From: Verrucomicrobiota bacterium
GTDB lineage: Bacteria > Verrucomicrobiota > Verrucomicrobiia > Palsa-1439
DNA: 64,000 bases
Assembly: GCA_003164675.1 (NCBI GenBank)
Contig: PLTX01000092.1
Span: forward strand, 2,296 to 66,295
Reading direction: 5' to 3'
Under the pieces are notes generated by a model. That model was not told the DNA's origin, searched no databases, and saw only the letters and a program-made list of their open reading frames with translations. Of this stretch, positions 9,491-18,068 are shown one piece after another (the first letter of the stretch is position 1; each line of letters begins with the position of its first letter). The position numbers were made by a program, and so were the translations under genes.

Positions 9491-10585
9491 ATGCATTGGC
9501 TGCTCGTCTACTTCTATGTGTTCGATGTCAGTTTCGTGCTGGCACTGATCTTCACGCCGGCGTTCAAGCGACTTTCCTTCCAGTGGAAGTATGTCGACGA
9601 GCCGGACCAGGAACGGAAGATTCATACTGAGGCGATGCCGTTGCTGGGCGGTGCGGCGATTTTCTGCGCGTTCGCAGCCAACGTCATATTCAACTATCTG
9701 TTCATCCTTCCGCTGGGAAGCCGGGTGGATTTGCCGCTGATCGACATGCCTGACGTGAAGATGTACCTCGACGGCGCATTCTCGGTCTGGCCGAAGTTGC
9801 TGGTGATCGTGTTGGGAGGCGGCCTGATGGTGGCGCTGGGGATGTATGACGACAAGTATGAGCTGAACCCGCGGGCGAAATTGATCGCACAGGTGGCTAT
9901 CGCGTTATTGGTGGCGCTGGCGGGGATACGAATTACGGCATTTATTCCCAATCGCTTCATCAACTACGCGATGACCGTATTGTGGATTGTGACCATCACG
10001 AACGCGATGAACTTTCTCGATAACATGGACGGGCTGTGCACGGGGATCGGAATAGTCTGCGCGTCGCTGTTTGGATTCATCGCCGGCATGCAGCACGAGT
10101 ATTTCGTGTGTCTTTTGGCGGTGGCGCTGGCTGGCGCGCTGATGGGATTCCTGCCGCATAACTTCAAGCCGGCGACGATCTTTCTCGGCGATGCCGGCAG
10201 CCACTTTGTTGGGTACATGCTGGCGGTGCTGCCGATTTGCGTGACGTTTTACCGCCATGGCAAGACGCCGACTTGGTTGCCTGTATTGATTCCCTTGCTG
10301 GTGCTGGCGGTGCCGCTGTTCGATCTGGTGATGGTGATGTGGATTCGCGTGCGGCACGGCCAGCCGGTCTATCGAGGCGATGTGAACCATCTTTCTCACC
10401 GTCTGGTGCGGTTGGGGCTGCCGCAAAGCTGGGCGGTAACGCTGATTTACCTCATTACGCTCACCCTCGGTCTTGGGGCGACAATACTGTTGTGGTCGCA
10501 AATGACCGCTGCGCTGGTCGTCATCATCCAGGCGCTCTGTATCCTCTCGATCGTGACGTTGCTGGAGAGAATGGGCGGGAAGTGA
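9491..10585 (+). CDS. Polyprenyl-phosphate N-acetylhexosamine-1-phosphate transferase (WecA/TagO-like, MraY superfamily)
   Basis: NAMNFLDNMDGL motif. Multi-transmembrane protein. Distinct from the mraY at 21039. Confidence 0.75.
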   Translation: MHWLLVYFYVFDVSFVLALIFTPAFKRLSFQWKYVDEPDQERKIHTEAMPLLGGAAIFCAFAANVIFNYLFILPLGSRVDLPLIDMPDVKMYLDGAFSVWPKLLVIVLGGGLMVALGMYDDKYELNPRAKLIAQVAIALLVALAGIRITAFIPNRFINYAMTVLWIVTITNAMNFLDNMDGLCTGIGIVCASLFGFIAGMQHEYFVCLLAVALAGALMGFLPHNFKPATIFLGDAGSHFVGYMLAVLPICVTFYRHGKTPTWLPVLIPLLVLAVPLFDLVMVMWIRVRHGQPVYRGDVNHLSHRLVRLGLPQSWAVTLIYLITLTLGLGATILLWSQMTAALVVIIQALCILSIVTLLERMGGK

Positions 10586-10628
10586 GACGGTTGACTCGGG
10601 CGCGCCAAGCTGCGATTATCTCGCGCCC

Positions 10629-12140
10629 ATGAAATTTTACGTCACGACGCCGATCTACTATGTCAACGACCGTCCGCATATCGGTCATGTGTACACGACC
10701 ACGATTGCGGACATCGCGGCGCGCTTTCATCGGTTGTGCGGTGATGACGTGTTTTTTCTGACGGGCACGGATGAGCATGCGGCGAAGGTGGTGGACTCCG
10801 CGGCGGAGCATGGCGTGACGCCGCAACAGTGGGCCGACGAGAATGCGAAAGCATTTCAGGATACATTTGCCAAGCTGGGTATCAGCAATGACGATTTCAT
10901 TCGCACAAGCCAGGAGCGTCACAAGGTCAAGGCGCAACAGTACGTCGGCGAACTTCTGAAGACGGGCGATGTATATCTCGGGGACTACGAAGGCTGGTAT
11001 GACGCCGGGCAGGAGGAGTATTTGCCCGAGAACAAGGCCAAGGAATACGAGTTCAAGTCGCCGTTTAACGGCAAGCCGCTGGTCCGCAAGAAGGAGAAGA
11101 ATTATTTCTTTCGACTCAGCCGGTACGGCGACTCGTTGTTGAAGCTGCTGGAGGAGCGGCCAGAGTTCGTCCATCCCGACGTGCGGCGCAATGAAGTCCG
11201 GAACCGCATCCGCGAAGGTCTCAATGACGTGCCGATTTCGCGCACGGGTGGAAGCGATTGGGGAATCCGAATTCCGGGAGACTCCGAACACACCATCTAC
11301 GTGTGGATCGATGCGCTCTTCAATTACCTCTCGACAGTCGATACGGACGAGCGTCGGAAGTTCTGGCCGGCGGACGTGCATTTGATCGCGAAGGACATCC
11401 TTTGGTTCCACGCGGTGATCTGGCCGGCAATGTTGATTGCCCTGAAGCGCGAGTTGCCGCGGCAGGTTTATGCGCACAGTTTTTGGATCAGCGAAGGCCA
11501 GAAGATGAGCAAGAGTCTCGGCAACTTTATCGACATCGAGAAAATCGACCAGTACGTGTCGAACTTCGGGCTCGACGCGCTACGGTATTTTCTGGCGCGC
11601 TATGGCCCATTGGGGATCAACGACAGTGATTTCGCGGAGGCCCGGTTCAACGACGTTTACAACGCCGAACTGGCCGACAAGCTGGGAAACCTGGTGAATC
11701 GCACGTTGACCATGATCCAGCGGTATCGAAATGGCGTGGCACCACAAGCGAGCGATGAAGGCTTGCGCACTGATGCGGAGACGATGGTAGCCGCGTATCG
11801 CGAGCGGATGAACCGGCTGGACTTCGTCGGGGCACTCGATGCGCTATGGGGTTTCGTGGTGCGCTCGAACCAGTACGTGGAAGAAAGCGCGCCGTGGAAA
11901 CTGGCCAAGGATCCAGCGAAAGCGCGTCAACTCGATGGCGTGCTTTACAATCTTGCGGAATCGGTGCGGTTGATCTCTGTGCTTGTGACGCCGTTCATGC
12001 CGACCACGAGCGGCGCGATCCGGACGCAACTAGGGGTGGGCGACAAGCGCGGCTTGTTCGCCGAAGAAACGAATTGGGGACGGCTTGCGGCGGGGACGAA
12101 GATCGGCCAGGTTGCGCCGTTGTTTCCGAAACGCACATGA
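10629..12140 (+). CDS. metG: Methionyl-tRNA synthetase (short form)
   Basis: PHIGHVYT (HIGH motif) and KMSKS motifs. 503 aa. Confidence 0.9.
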   Translation: MKFYVTTPIYYVNDRPHIGHVYTTTIADIAARFHRLCGDDVFFLTGTDEHAAKVVDSAAEHGVTPQQWADENAKAFQDTFAKLGISNDDFIRTSQERHKVKAQQYVGELLKTGDVYLGDYEGWYDAGQEEYLPENKAKEYEFKSPFNGKPLVRKKEKNYFFRLSRYGDSLLKLLEERPEFVHPDVRRNEVRNRIREGLNDVPISRTGGSDWGIRIPGDSEHTIYVWIDALFNYLSTVDTDERRKFWPADVHLIAKDILWFHAVIWPAMLIALKRELPRQVYAHSFWISEGQKMSKSLGNFIDIEKIDQYVSNFGLDALRYFLARYGPLGINDSDFAEARFNDVYNAELADKLGNLVNRTLTMIQRYRNGVAPQASDEGLRTDAETMVAAYRERMNRLDFVGALDALWGFVVRSNQYVEESAPWKLAKDPAKARQLDGVLYNLAESVRLISVLVTPFMPTTSGAIRTQLGVGDKRGLFAEETNWGRLAAGTKIGQVAPLFPKRT

Positions 12141-12934
12141 TCCGTTTCCCCGAGTCGTCCCGATTTCACTTGATCGACGAGTCGAAAGTGCTCCCTCGGT
12201 TCGGTCATCTCGCGCCGCGGCCGATCTACGTTCATCTTCCCGAACTGGCGGAGCACGATCATCGGCGGCGGTTTCCTGTGTTGTATTGCCACGATGGGCA
12301 AAATATATGGGATGATCCGCATTGCTGCTACGGTCACGGCGGTTGGTTCCTCAATCAGATTGCCGACGAGTTGACTCGTGAGGGGAAGATGGAGCCGATT
12401 ATTCTTGTCGGCATTCCGAACACGCACGCGCGATACCGCGAGTACACGCCGGTGAAGACATACGACGACATTCTGTCGCATCCGTACGCGAACTACGTGG
12501 TCGATGTCGTGAAGCGATACGTCGACCGGAGATTTCCGACGAAGAAAGATCGCCACCACACGGCGTTGATGGGTTCGTCGCTCGGCGGATTGGTCGCGTT
12601 GTGGATGGCGCACAAGCTTCCCGAGACCTTCAGCAAGGCGGCGTGTTTGTCGGGCGCGTTTCAGGTTCGCGACCGGCAGAAAAAATCGTTCGTGGAGTTC
12701 GTGCGCGAACGCGATCATCAGGACCTCCGCATCTATCTCGACTGCGGCACGGTCCAGGATGGGGTGCGGCAATCGCGTCAGGTTCACGAAGCGTATTTGT
12801 CACGCGGGTGGCGTGAGCGAGAGGACTTGCTGTATTTCGAGGACAAAGGTGGCGAACACAACGAGCGGTGCTGGCGCGACCGCGCGTGGCGGGGGCTGAC
12901 ATTCCTCTTCGGAAGCGGGCGCGACCGAGAATAG
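12137..12934 (+). CDS. Alpha/beta-hydrolase esterase (putative esterase / enterochelin-esterase-like family)
   Basis: GSSLGG nucleophile elbow. PVLYCHDGQNIWDD motif typical of the PF00756 esterase family. ATG overlaps the metG stop. Confidence 0.7.
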   Translation: MIRFPESSRFHLIDESKVLPRFGHLAPRPIYVHLPELAEHDHRRRFPVLYCHDGQNIWDDPHCCYGHGGWFLNQIADELTREGKMEPIILVGIPNTHARYREYTPVKTYDDILSHPYANYVVDVVKRYVDRRFPTKKDRHHTALMGSSLGGLVALWMAHKLPETFSKAACLSGAFQVRDRQKKSFVEFVRERDHQDLRIYLDCGTVQDGVRQSRQVHEAYLSRGWREREDLLYFEDKGGEHNERCWRDRAWRGLTFLFGSGRDRE

Positions 12935-13198
12935 ACATGCCACCGGGGGCTGCGCGAATTCGAGGCGCAGCCCGCAGGCATGCATGAGGAAATAGGGCGC
13001 TATGGCATCAACCGACAAGCTTCCATATATATGCAACGCCTCAAATGCCGCTGGCGCCATAAAGGCGCGCCGCACACCGAAATGCGGCTTGCCCTATTCG
13101 TCCTCTTCGGCGACGACACCGACGCTATCCTTGCCTGGCTCGAAGATCCCTGACTTGTCTCCCCGCGCCAAATAATACCAGCCCTCGCGAGGTGAATC

Positions 13199-13489
13199 AT
13201 GAGGCGCGCGTTGGTTCTGCTACTACTGGTGTTTCCCGCCTCGGTCGATGGCCGCGTCGGCGAAACCCTTGAACAATGCCGAGTGCGCTATGGTCAGGAA
13301 ATTGCGACCAATGGCGAGTCGTTTGTCTTCCTGAAAAATGGATTCACCGTCACAGTTTGGTTGACCTCTAATTGCGTGGAGACAATCGGCTATTCTGCGG
13401 ATGAAACGCACACACTCGGCTCCGATCATTGCATCCAGTTTTATATTCATGAATGGTGGCACAAACCGGGTCTTCGAGAAGGACGATGA
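13199..13489 (+). CDS. Hypothetical small secreted protein (possibly the frameshifted N-terminal part of a longer gene, see findings)
   Basis: GAGGTG ribosome-binding site 5 nt upstream of the ATG. Signal peptide MRRALVLLLLVFPASVDG. Confidence 0.35.
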   Translation: MRRALVLLLLVFPASVDGRVGETLEQCRVRYGQEIATNGESFVFLKNGFTVTVWLTSNCVETIGYSADETHTLGSDHCIQFYIHEWWHKPGLREGR

Positions 13490-13870
13490 AGCTGGCTTCG
13501 CCCACATGCACACAGCAGATGGCAAGTTGACGGCCTGGACGGGTGCGAATATGCTCGTCATCTGCACCGAAGAAAAGATGCAGCGGGACATGGGGCGCAT
13601 TATGGCGCAGCACAAAGCCGATTTGAAGAAACAACTGGAAGGATTTTGACGCCAAAGCCGCCGAGTTGACTGCATTAATTATAGAACGCGCCAACACGCC
13701 CGAGGTGTCCCTTCAAACCCTGTCTGAAGCCCCTTCCGACTTCCTTTAGCACACCCCCCAAAAACCCTTCCTCGCCCCCGCTTCTGTTCGCCCGTTTTGC
13801 CCTCCATTGCCTCGAACCTGTTCAACGCGCGCGCCGCGCAGAATTTTTTTCAGAGAATTCACGAAAAGGT

Positions 13871-13900
13871 GTTGACACGTTTTGGGTGCCGTGTCTAAAT
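13871..13900 (+). promoter_or_regulatory. Sigma70-like promoter of the division/cell-wall cluster (Pmra): TTGACA, 17-bp spacer, TCTAAA
   Basis: -35 TTGACA at 13871-13876 and a -10-like hexamer 17 bp downstream, immediately upstream of mraZ. Confidence 0.5.
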
Positions 13901-13926
13901 GTGGGGCGTTGTGGGGAATGGTGGTT
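13901..13926 (+). promoter_or_regulatory. Putative MraZ operator: three GTGG(GG) direct repeats at 10-bp spacing
   Basis: GTGGGG-cgtt-GTGGGG-aatg-GTGG starting at about 13901, 13911 and 13921. In E. coli MraZ binds three TGGGN repeats at 10-bp periodicity at Pmra. Confidence 0.5.
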
Positions 13927-13951
13927 ACCAAGGAGGGGCCACGACTCCCAA

Positions 13952-14404
13952 ATGGTTAAGGCACTTACAAGGGCGGTGTTCTTTGGCACGTTTCGGCACG
14001 CGGTTGACGAAAAGAACCGCGTCGCGATACCGGCAATATGGCGGGCTGCCGCGAGACGCTCGCGAGAGTTTTACGTGTTGCCCGATCCAAAGAATTGTCT
14101 GGTCGTGTTAACGGCATCGGCCATGGAGAAGATGCTGGAGCGCGCCGACGACATTTCGATCGGAGAATACGGGCGACGCGACGTGCTTCGGGTTATCGCC
14201 TCTCGGGCGCACGGTACACCCTGCGACAGCCAGGGGCGCATCGGGTTGACTGACCAGTTGCTTCGGCACGCCGGTGTGGGGAAGGAAGCGGTTCTCGTGG
14301 GGATGTTGACGCGGTTCGAGATTTGGTCGCCGGAGCGGTGGGCCGAGGTTGACCGCAACGCCATGCAGAATTTTTCGGAGGCCGCCAAGCAGGTGGGATT
14401 GTGA
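13952..14404 (+). CDS. mraZ: Transcriptional regulator MraZ
   Basis: Two DXXXR-containing MraZ half-domains (VDEKNRVAIP and CDSQGRIGLTDQL). Confidence 0.85.
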   Translation: MVKALTRAVFFGTFRHAVDEKNRVAIPAIWRAAARRSREFYVLPDPKNCLVVLTASAMEKMLERADDISIGEYGRRDVLRVIASRAHGTPCDSQGRIGLTDQLLRHAGVGKEAVLVGMLTRFEIWSPERWAEVDRNAMQNFSEAAKQVGL

Positions 14405-14781
14405 GATCGCAGATGAGTCGAGAAGACATCATGAGTTTTTTGAGTGTGAACCGCAGCCTGACGAATCAGGGCGGGGAAATGCGGCAGTTCCGTCTGCCGC
14501 GAATGAATCCATTTCCGAAGTTGGATAGTCGGATCGTCCGGTCCGCTGGCAGTGACGGCGTACAGCGGTTGGCCTCGCGTCCTGTCGCGCGCGGCGCGGT
14601 TATCATCGAGGGCGGTTGCGGGTGTTTGCCCGAAATGGCCACCGACGTGATCGACTTTTCCGCGAGTTACGCCGTGGAGAACGTGAAGCGCGAACGTTCC
14701 AGCAGCACCCCGTGGTCGCGCGTTGGTTTCGGGCATTTGATCGGACGAGTGTTGGGCAGTCATCGCGCCGCGCGCTTGTGA
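14401..14781 (+). CDS. Hypothetical small protein in the mraZ-rsmH spacer (doubtful)
   Basis: Open frame with a GTG start overlapping the mraZ stop. No homology recognised. Fills an unusual 515-bp gap. Confidence 0.2.
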   Translation: MRSQMSREDIMSFLSVNRSLTNQGGEMRQFRLPRMNPFPKLDSRIVRSAGSDGVQRLASRPVARGAVIIEGGCGCLPEMATDVIDFSASYAVENVKRERSSSTPWSRVGFGHLIGRVLGSHRAARL

Positions 14782-14919
14782 GGAGGGAACTGGCAAGCCG
14801 GTTGCGGTCTTGCGCGGCGGTGACAGCGGGAGGGAAGCTTCCCGCGGGGGGGGGTATGGCAAAGGAGGTCAGGATCGGCGAACGTAGGTAGTCAATTTCC
14901 TTCCGATCCGGGCTTCTGC

Positions 14920-15846
14920 ATGACCTACCACACACCTGTGCTGCTCAAGGAGGTCGTAAACCAGTTGCAACCGCGCCGCGGCGGGCTGTACGTGGATTGT
15001 ACTGTCGGCGGCGGCGGGCATGCGCGAGAGATTTTGCGCGCGTGCGGGCCGGAAGGTCAGTTGATCGGGTTGGACTGGGATGATGAGGCCATCGCGGCCA
15101 GCCGCGAGCGGCTGAGTGAATTTGGGGCGCGCGTACAATTGGTGCGCGCCAGTTACGTGGAGTTGGAGAGAGTGTTGATGAGTCTAGGAGTAACAGTGGT
15201 GGATGGGGTTCTGTTCGACCTCGGGGTCAGTTCGCGTCAGTTTGACGAGCCGGGCCGAGGTTTTAGCGTCCTGCGGGATGGCCCGTTGGACATGCGCATG
15301 AGCCGCCAGCTTGGGGCAACCGCTCGGGACATCCTTCGCACCGCCAGTCTGGAGGAACTGGCCAAGATCTTCCGTGTGTATGGCGAAGAGAAGCGTTCCC
15401 GAGCGGTTGCCCGTACAATTGTCGCCGAACGTGAGCGAGCACCGCTGGAGACCACCACCCAACTGGCCCGATTGGTGGAGCAAGTACTGGGGCCGAAGCG
15501 TGGCGCCATCCATCCGGCGACAAGAGTGTTCCAGGGCTTGCGCATCGCGGTGAACAACGAGCTGGCCAATCTCCGTCAAGGTCTGGATGTGGCCACCCGG
15601 TTTCTGCAATCCGGGGCGCGGATTGCGGTCATCTCTTTTCATTCGCTGGAAGACCGGATTGTGAAACGGTTTTTTGTGGAAAAGAGCAGCGGCTGCATTT
15701 GTCCGCCGGAGCTGCCGGTGTGCGGGTGCGGGCGCAAGGAAACGTTGCGGATCGTGACGAAGAAGCCCGTCACGGCCGACGAGACGGAAGTGGGTGTGAA
15801 CCCACGGGCGCGGAGCGCGAAGTTGCGCGTCGCGGAGAAAATTTAG
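14920..15846 (+). CDS. rsmH: 16S rRNA (cytosine1402-N4)-methyltransferase RsmH (MraW)
   Basis: HTPVLLKEV...YVDCTVGGGGH...FHSLEDRIVK motifs. Confidence 0.9.
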   Translation: MTYHTPVLLKEVVNQLQPRRGGLYVDCTVGGGGHAREILRACGPEGQLIGLDWDDEAIAASRERLSEFGARVQLVRASYVELERVLMSLGVTVVDGVLFDLGVSSRQFDEPGRGFSVLRDGPLDMRMSRQLGATARDILRTASLEELAKIFRVYGEEKRSRAVARTIVAERERAPLETTTQLARLVEQVLGPKRGAIHPATRVFQGLRIAVNNELANLRQGLDVATRFLQSGARIAVISFHSLEDRIVKRFFVEKSSGCICPPELPVCGCGRKETLRIVTKKPVTADETEVGVNPRARSAKLRVAEKI

Positions 15847-15927
15847 GAAGAGAAGGTTTGGTTGGGGGTGGGGAACCCCGCGGGGGGTCGGGTCCAGGGA
15901 GAACGACCCCCCGGGCCAATTTTTGTG

Positions 15928-16344
15928 ATGAAGCGGAATCGTAAACGCGAGCCATTGAGGTTTGGGACGGTGACCAAGTCGCTGTTCGTGTGCGTGTGTG
16001 TGGCCATCAGTGGACTGGGCTACGTCTGGCAGAAAAACGCAATCTATCGTTTGGGCGACGAGATCAAGAAGCGAGAGGCGCTCCTGTCTTCGGCGCAAAA
16101 GCGCAACCTGATGCTGGCCGCGCAACTGGCGCATCTGGAATCCCCGGCGGAACTGGAAACGAAGTGCCAAGGATACAATCTCAGCCTGGTGGCTCCCAAG
16201 GAAAGCCAGGTCGTTCGGTTGTATGAGCCGGGTCCGGAATGGGACGTGCAGATGGCGAATGCTCCGTTGCCCGCGCGGATCCCGGCGCAACAACAAGTCA
16301 GACTACAAGTACGCAACCCTCAACCCCGGGCGATCGCACAATAG
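15928..16344 (+). CDS. ftsL: FtsL-like cell-division protein (small bitopic, coiled-coil)
   Basis: Position between rsmH and ftsI. Single transmembrane helix (LFVCVCVAISGLGYVW) followed by a coiled-coil segment. Confidence 0.5.
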   Translation: MKRNRKREPLRFGTVTKSLFVCVCVAISGLGYVWQKNAIYRLGDEIKKREALLSSAQKRNLMLAAQLAHLESPAELETKCQGYNLSLVAPKESQVVRLYEPGPEWDVQMANAPLPARIPAQQQVRLQVRNPQPRAIAQ

Positions 16345-16349
16345 GAATA

Positions 16350-18068
16350 ATGACACTGGCGCCGCAACAAGGCAGGGCGTTGATCGTGGTCGGCGCGTTG
16401 GCGTCGGTCTTCACCGCGCTCGCGTTCCGTCTTTTCGATTTGCATGTCCTGCAGCACAAAGAGCTCAGTGCGTTGGCGCAGGCAAACCGCGAGCAGGTTG
16501 TCCATCGGCAAGGCCGCCGGGGGTCGATTTTGGATGTCAACGGCAATTTGCTCGCCGACAGTTTGTCGGTGCGCATCGTCACGGCAGACGCGACGATCAC
16601 CGCGCCGCAGGCATCCGCGATCGCGGAGAAGCTTGCGCCATTGTTGGGGACGGATGTCGACTCACTCACGCGAAAGCTCAGTGGCCAGTCCCGCTACATT
16701 CGGCTCAATCCGCGCGTCAAACTCGATGAAGACGCCGTGCAAAAGATCCGGGCGATGAAGTTGAAGGGCATCTACTTCGAGGATCAATTTGTCCGGTCGT
16801 ATCCGAACGGTCCGCTGGCCAGTCACGTGATCGGGTTCGTCGATGCCGAACACAGGGGGGTGCAGGGCATCGAAGCGTCGATGGAAGATTATTTGCAGGG
16901 CCAGGCCGGCTACGAGGTCATCGAACGTGACCGCAAAGGCCGTGAGATTCGGGCATTGCGCACCGAGGACCTTGGGCCGCAGGACGGTCTCAACGTTGTC
17001 CTCACGGTCGATCAGGTGATCCAGCACATCGCGGAGCAGGAACTCGAGAGAGCGATGGAGCAATTCAAACCGCAATCGGGCGCGATCATTGTCTCGCGTC
17101 CAAAGACGGGGGAAATCCTGGCGATGAGTTCTCGGCCGACGTTTGATCCGACCGAGATGGACGCGTCTTCCGCCGACGCGCGTCGCAATCGGTGCGTCAG
17201 CGACGTCGCCGAGCCGGGTTCCACGTTCAAGATTGTCGTGTGCTCGGGCGCGCTCAACGAGGGCATCGTTACGCTTGGGGACCAGTTCGACTGCGAGAAT
17301 GGCGCGTTCATGTATGCGGGCCGCGTTTTGCACGATGCGCATCCATTCGGCGTGTTGAGTGTCGAGGAAATTTTGTTTCATTCCAGCAACATCGGGGCGG
17401 CGAAGGTGGGTCTGCGGATGGGGCCGGCGCGGCTGTACGAGTACGTCCGGCGGTACGGTTTCGGCCACAAAACCGACATCGCCCTGCCGGGAGAGGTTTC
17501 AGGGATCGCCCATCCACTGGCTCGCTGGAACAGTCTTTCCATCACCCGTATTCCAATGGGGCACGAGATTGCGGTGACACCACTGCAAATGTTGATGGCT
17601 CTGAACACCATTGCGAACAAGGGTGTGCGGATGAAGCCGATGATCGTCAAGAGCATCGTCAGCGAAGATGGCGTGACCGTATTGCAATATCAACCGCGGT
17701 CGGTCGGGCCGGTTATCTCGGCGCACACCAGCGAGTTAATGACGACGGCATTGCGCAAGGTGGTCGGGCCCGAGGGGACGGCGCCGAAAGCGGCTGTGCA
17801 AGGATTCGATGTGGCGGGCAAGACGGGCACGGCCCAGAAAGTTGAGAACGGCCAGTACGTCCGCAAGTACTACTCGTCGTTCATCGGCTATTTCCCGGCG
17901 TCGAACCCGGAGATTTCCATTTTGGTCTCGTTGGACGATCCCGTTGGGGGCGCGTACTACGGCGGATCAGTGGCGGGACCGGTATTCCGGGCCGTGGCGG
18001 AGAAAGTCGCCGAGTATCTGGGCATGGTGCCGCAGACTCCACCGACAGAGGTAACGAAAGTATCATGA
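16350..18068 (+). CDS. ftsI: Peptidoglycan D,D-transpeptidase FtsI (PBP3)
   Basis: STFK, SSN and KTG motifs. N-terminal transmembrane anchor. Confidence 0.85.
   Translation: MTLAPQQGRALIVVGALASVFTALAFRLFDLHVLQHKELSALAQANREQVVHRQGRRGSILDVNGNLLADSLSVRIVTADATITAPQASAIAEKLAPLLGTDVDSLTRKLSGQSRYIRLNPRVKLDEDAVQKIRAMKLKGIYFEDQFVRSYPNGPLASHVIGFVDAEHRGVQGIEASMEDYLQGQAGYEVIERDRKGREIRALRTEDLGPQDGLNVVLTVDQVIQHIAEQELERAMEQFKPQSGAIIVSRPKTGEILAMSSRPTFDPTEMDASSADARRNRCVSDVAEPGSTFKIVVCSGALNEGIVTLGDQFDCENGAFMYAGRVLHDAHPFGVLSVEEILFHSSNIGAAKVGLRMGPARLYEYVRRYGFGHKTDIALPGEVSGIAHPLARWNSLSITRIPMGHEIAVTPLQMLMALNTIANKGVRMKPMIVKSIVSEDGVTVLQYQPRSVGPVISAHTSELMTTALRKVVGPEGTAPKAAVQGFDVAGKTGTAQKVENGQYVRKYYSSFIGYFPASNPEISILVSLDDPVGGAYYGGSVAGPVFRAVAEKVAEYLGMVPQTPPTEVTKVS

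Noticed and set aside
11846-12136. N-terminal extension of the esterase ORF overlapping the 3' end of metG
   Set aside because: It is an out-of-frame overlap with a well-supported metG. The ATG at 12137 (ATGA overlap) gives a normal-length esterase.
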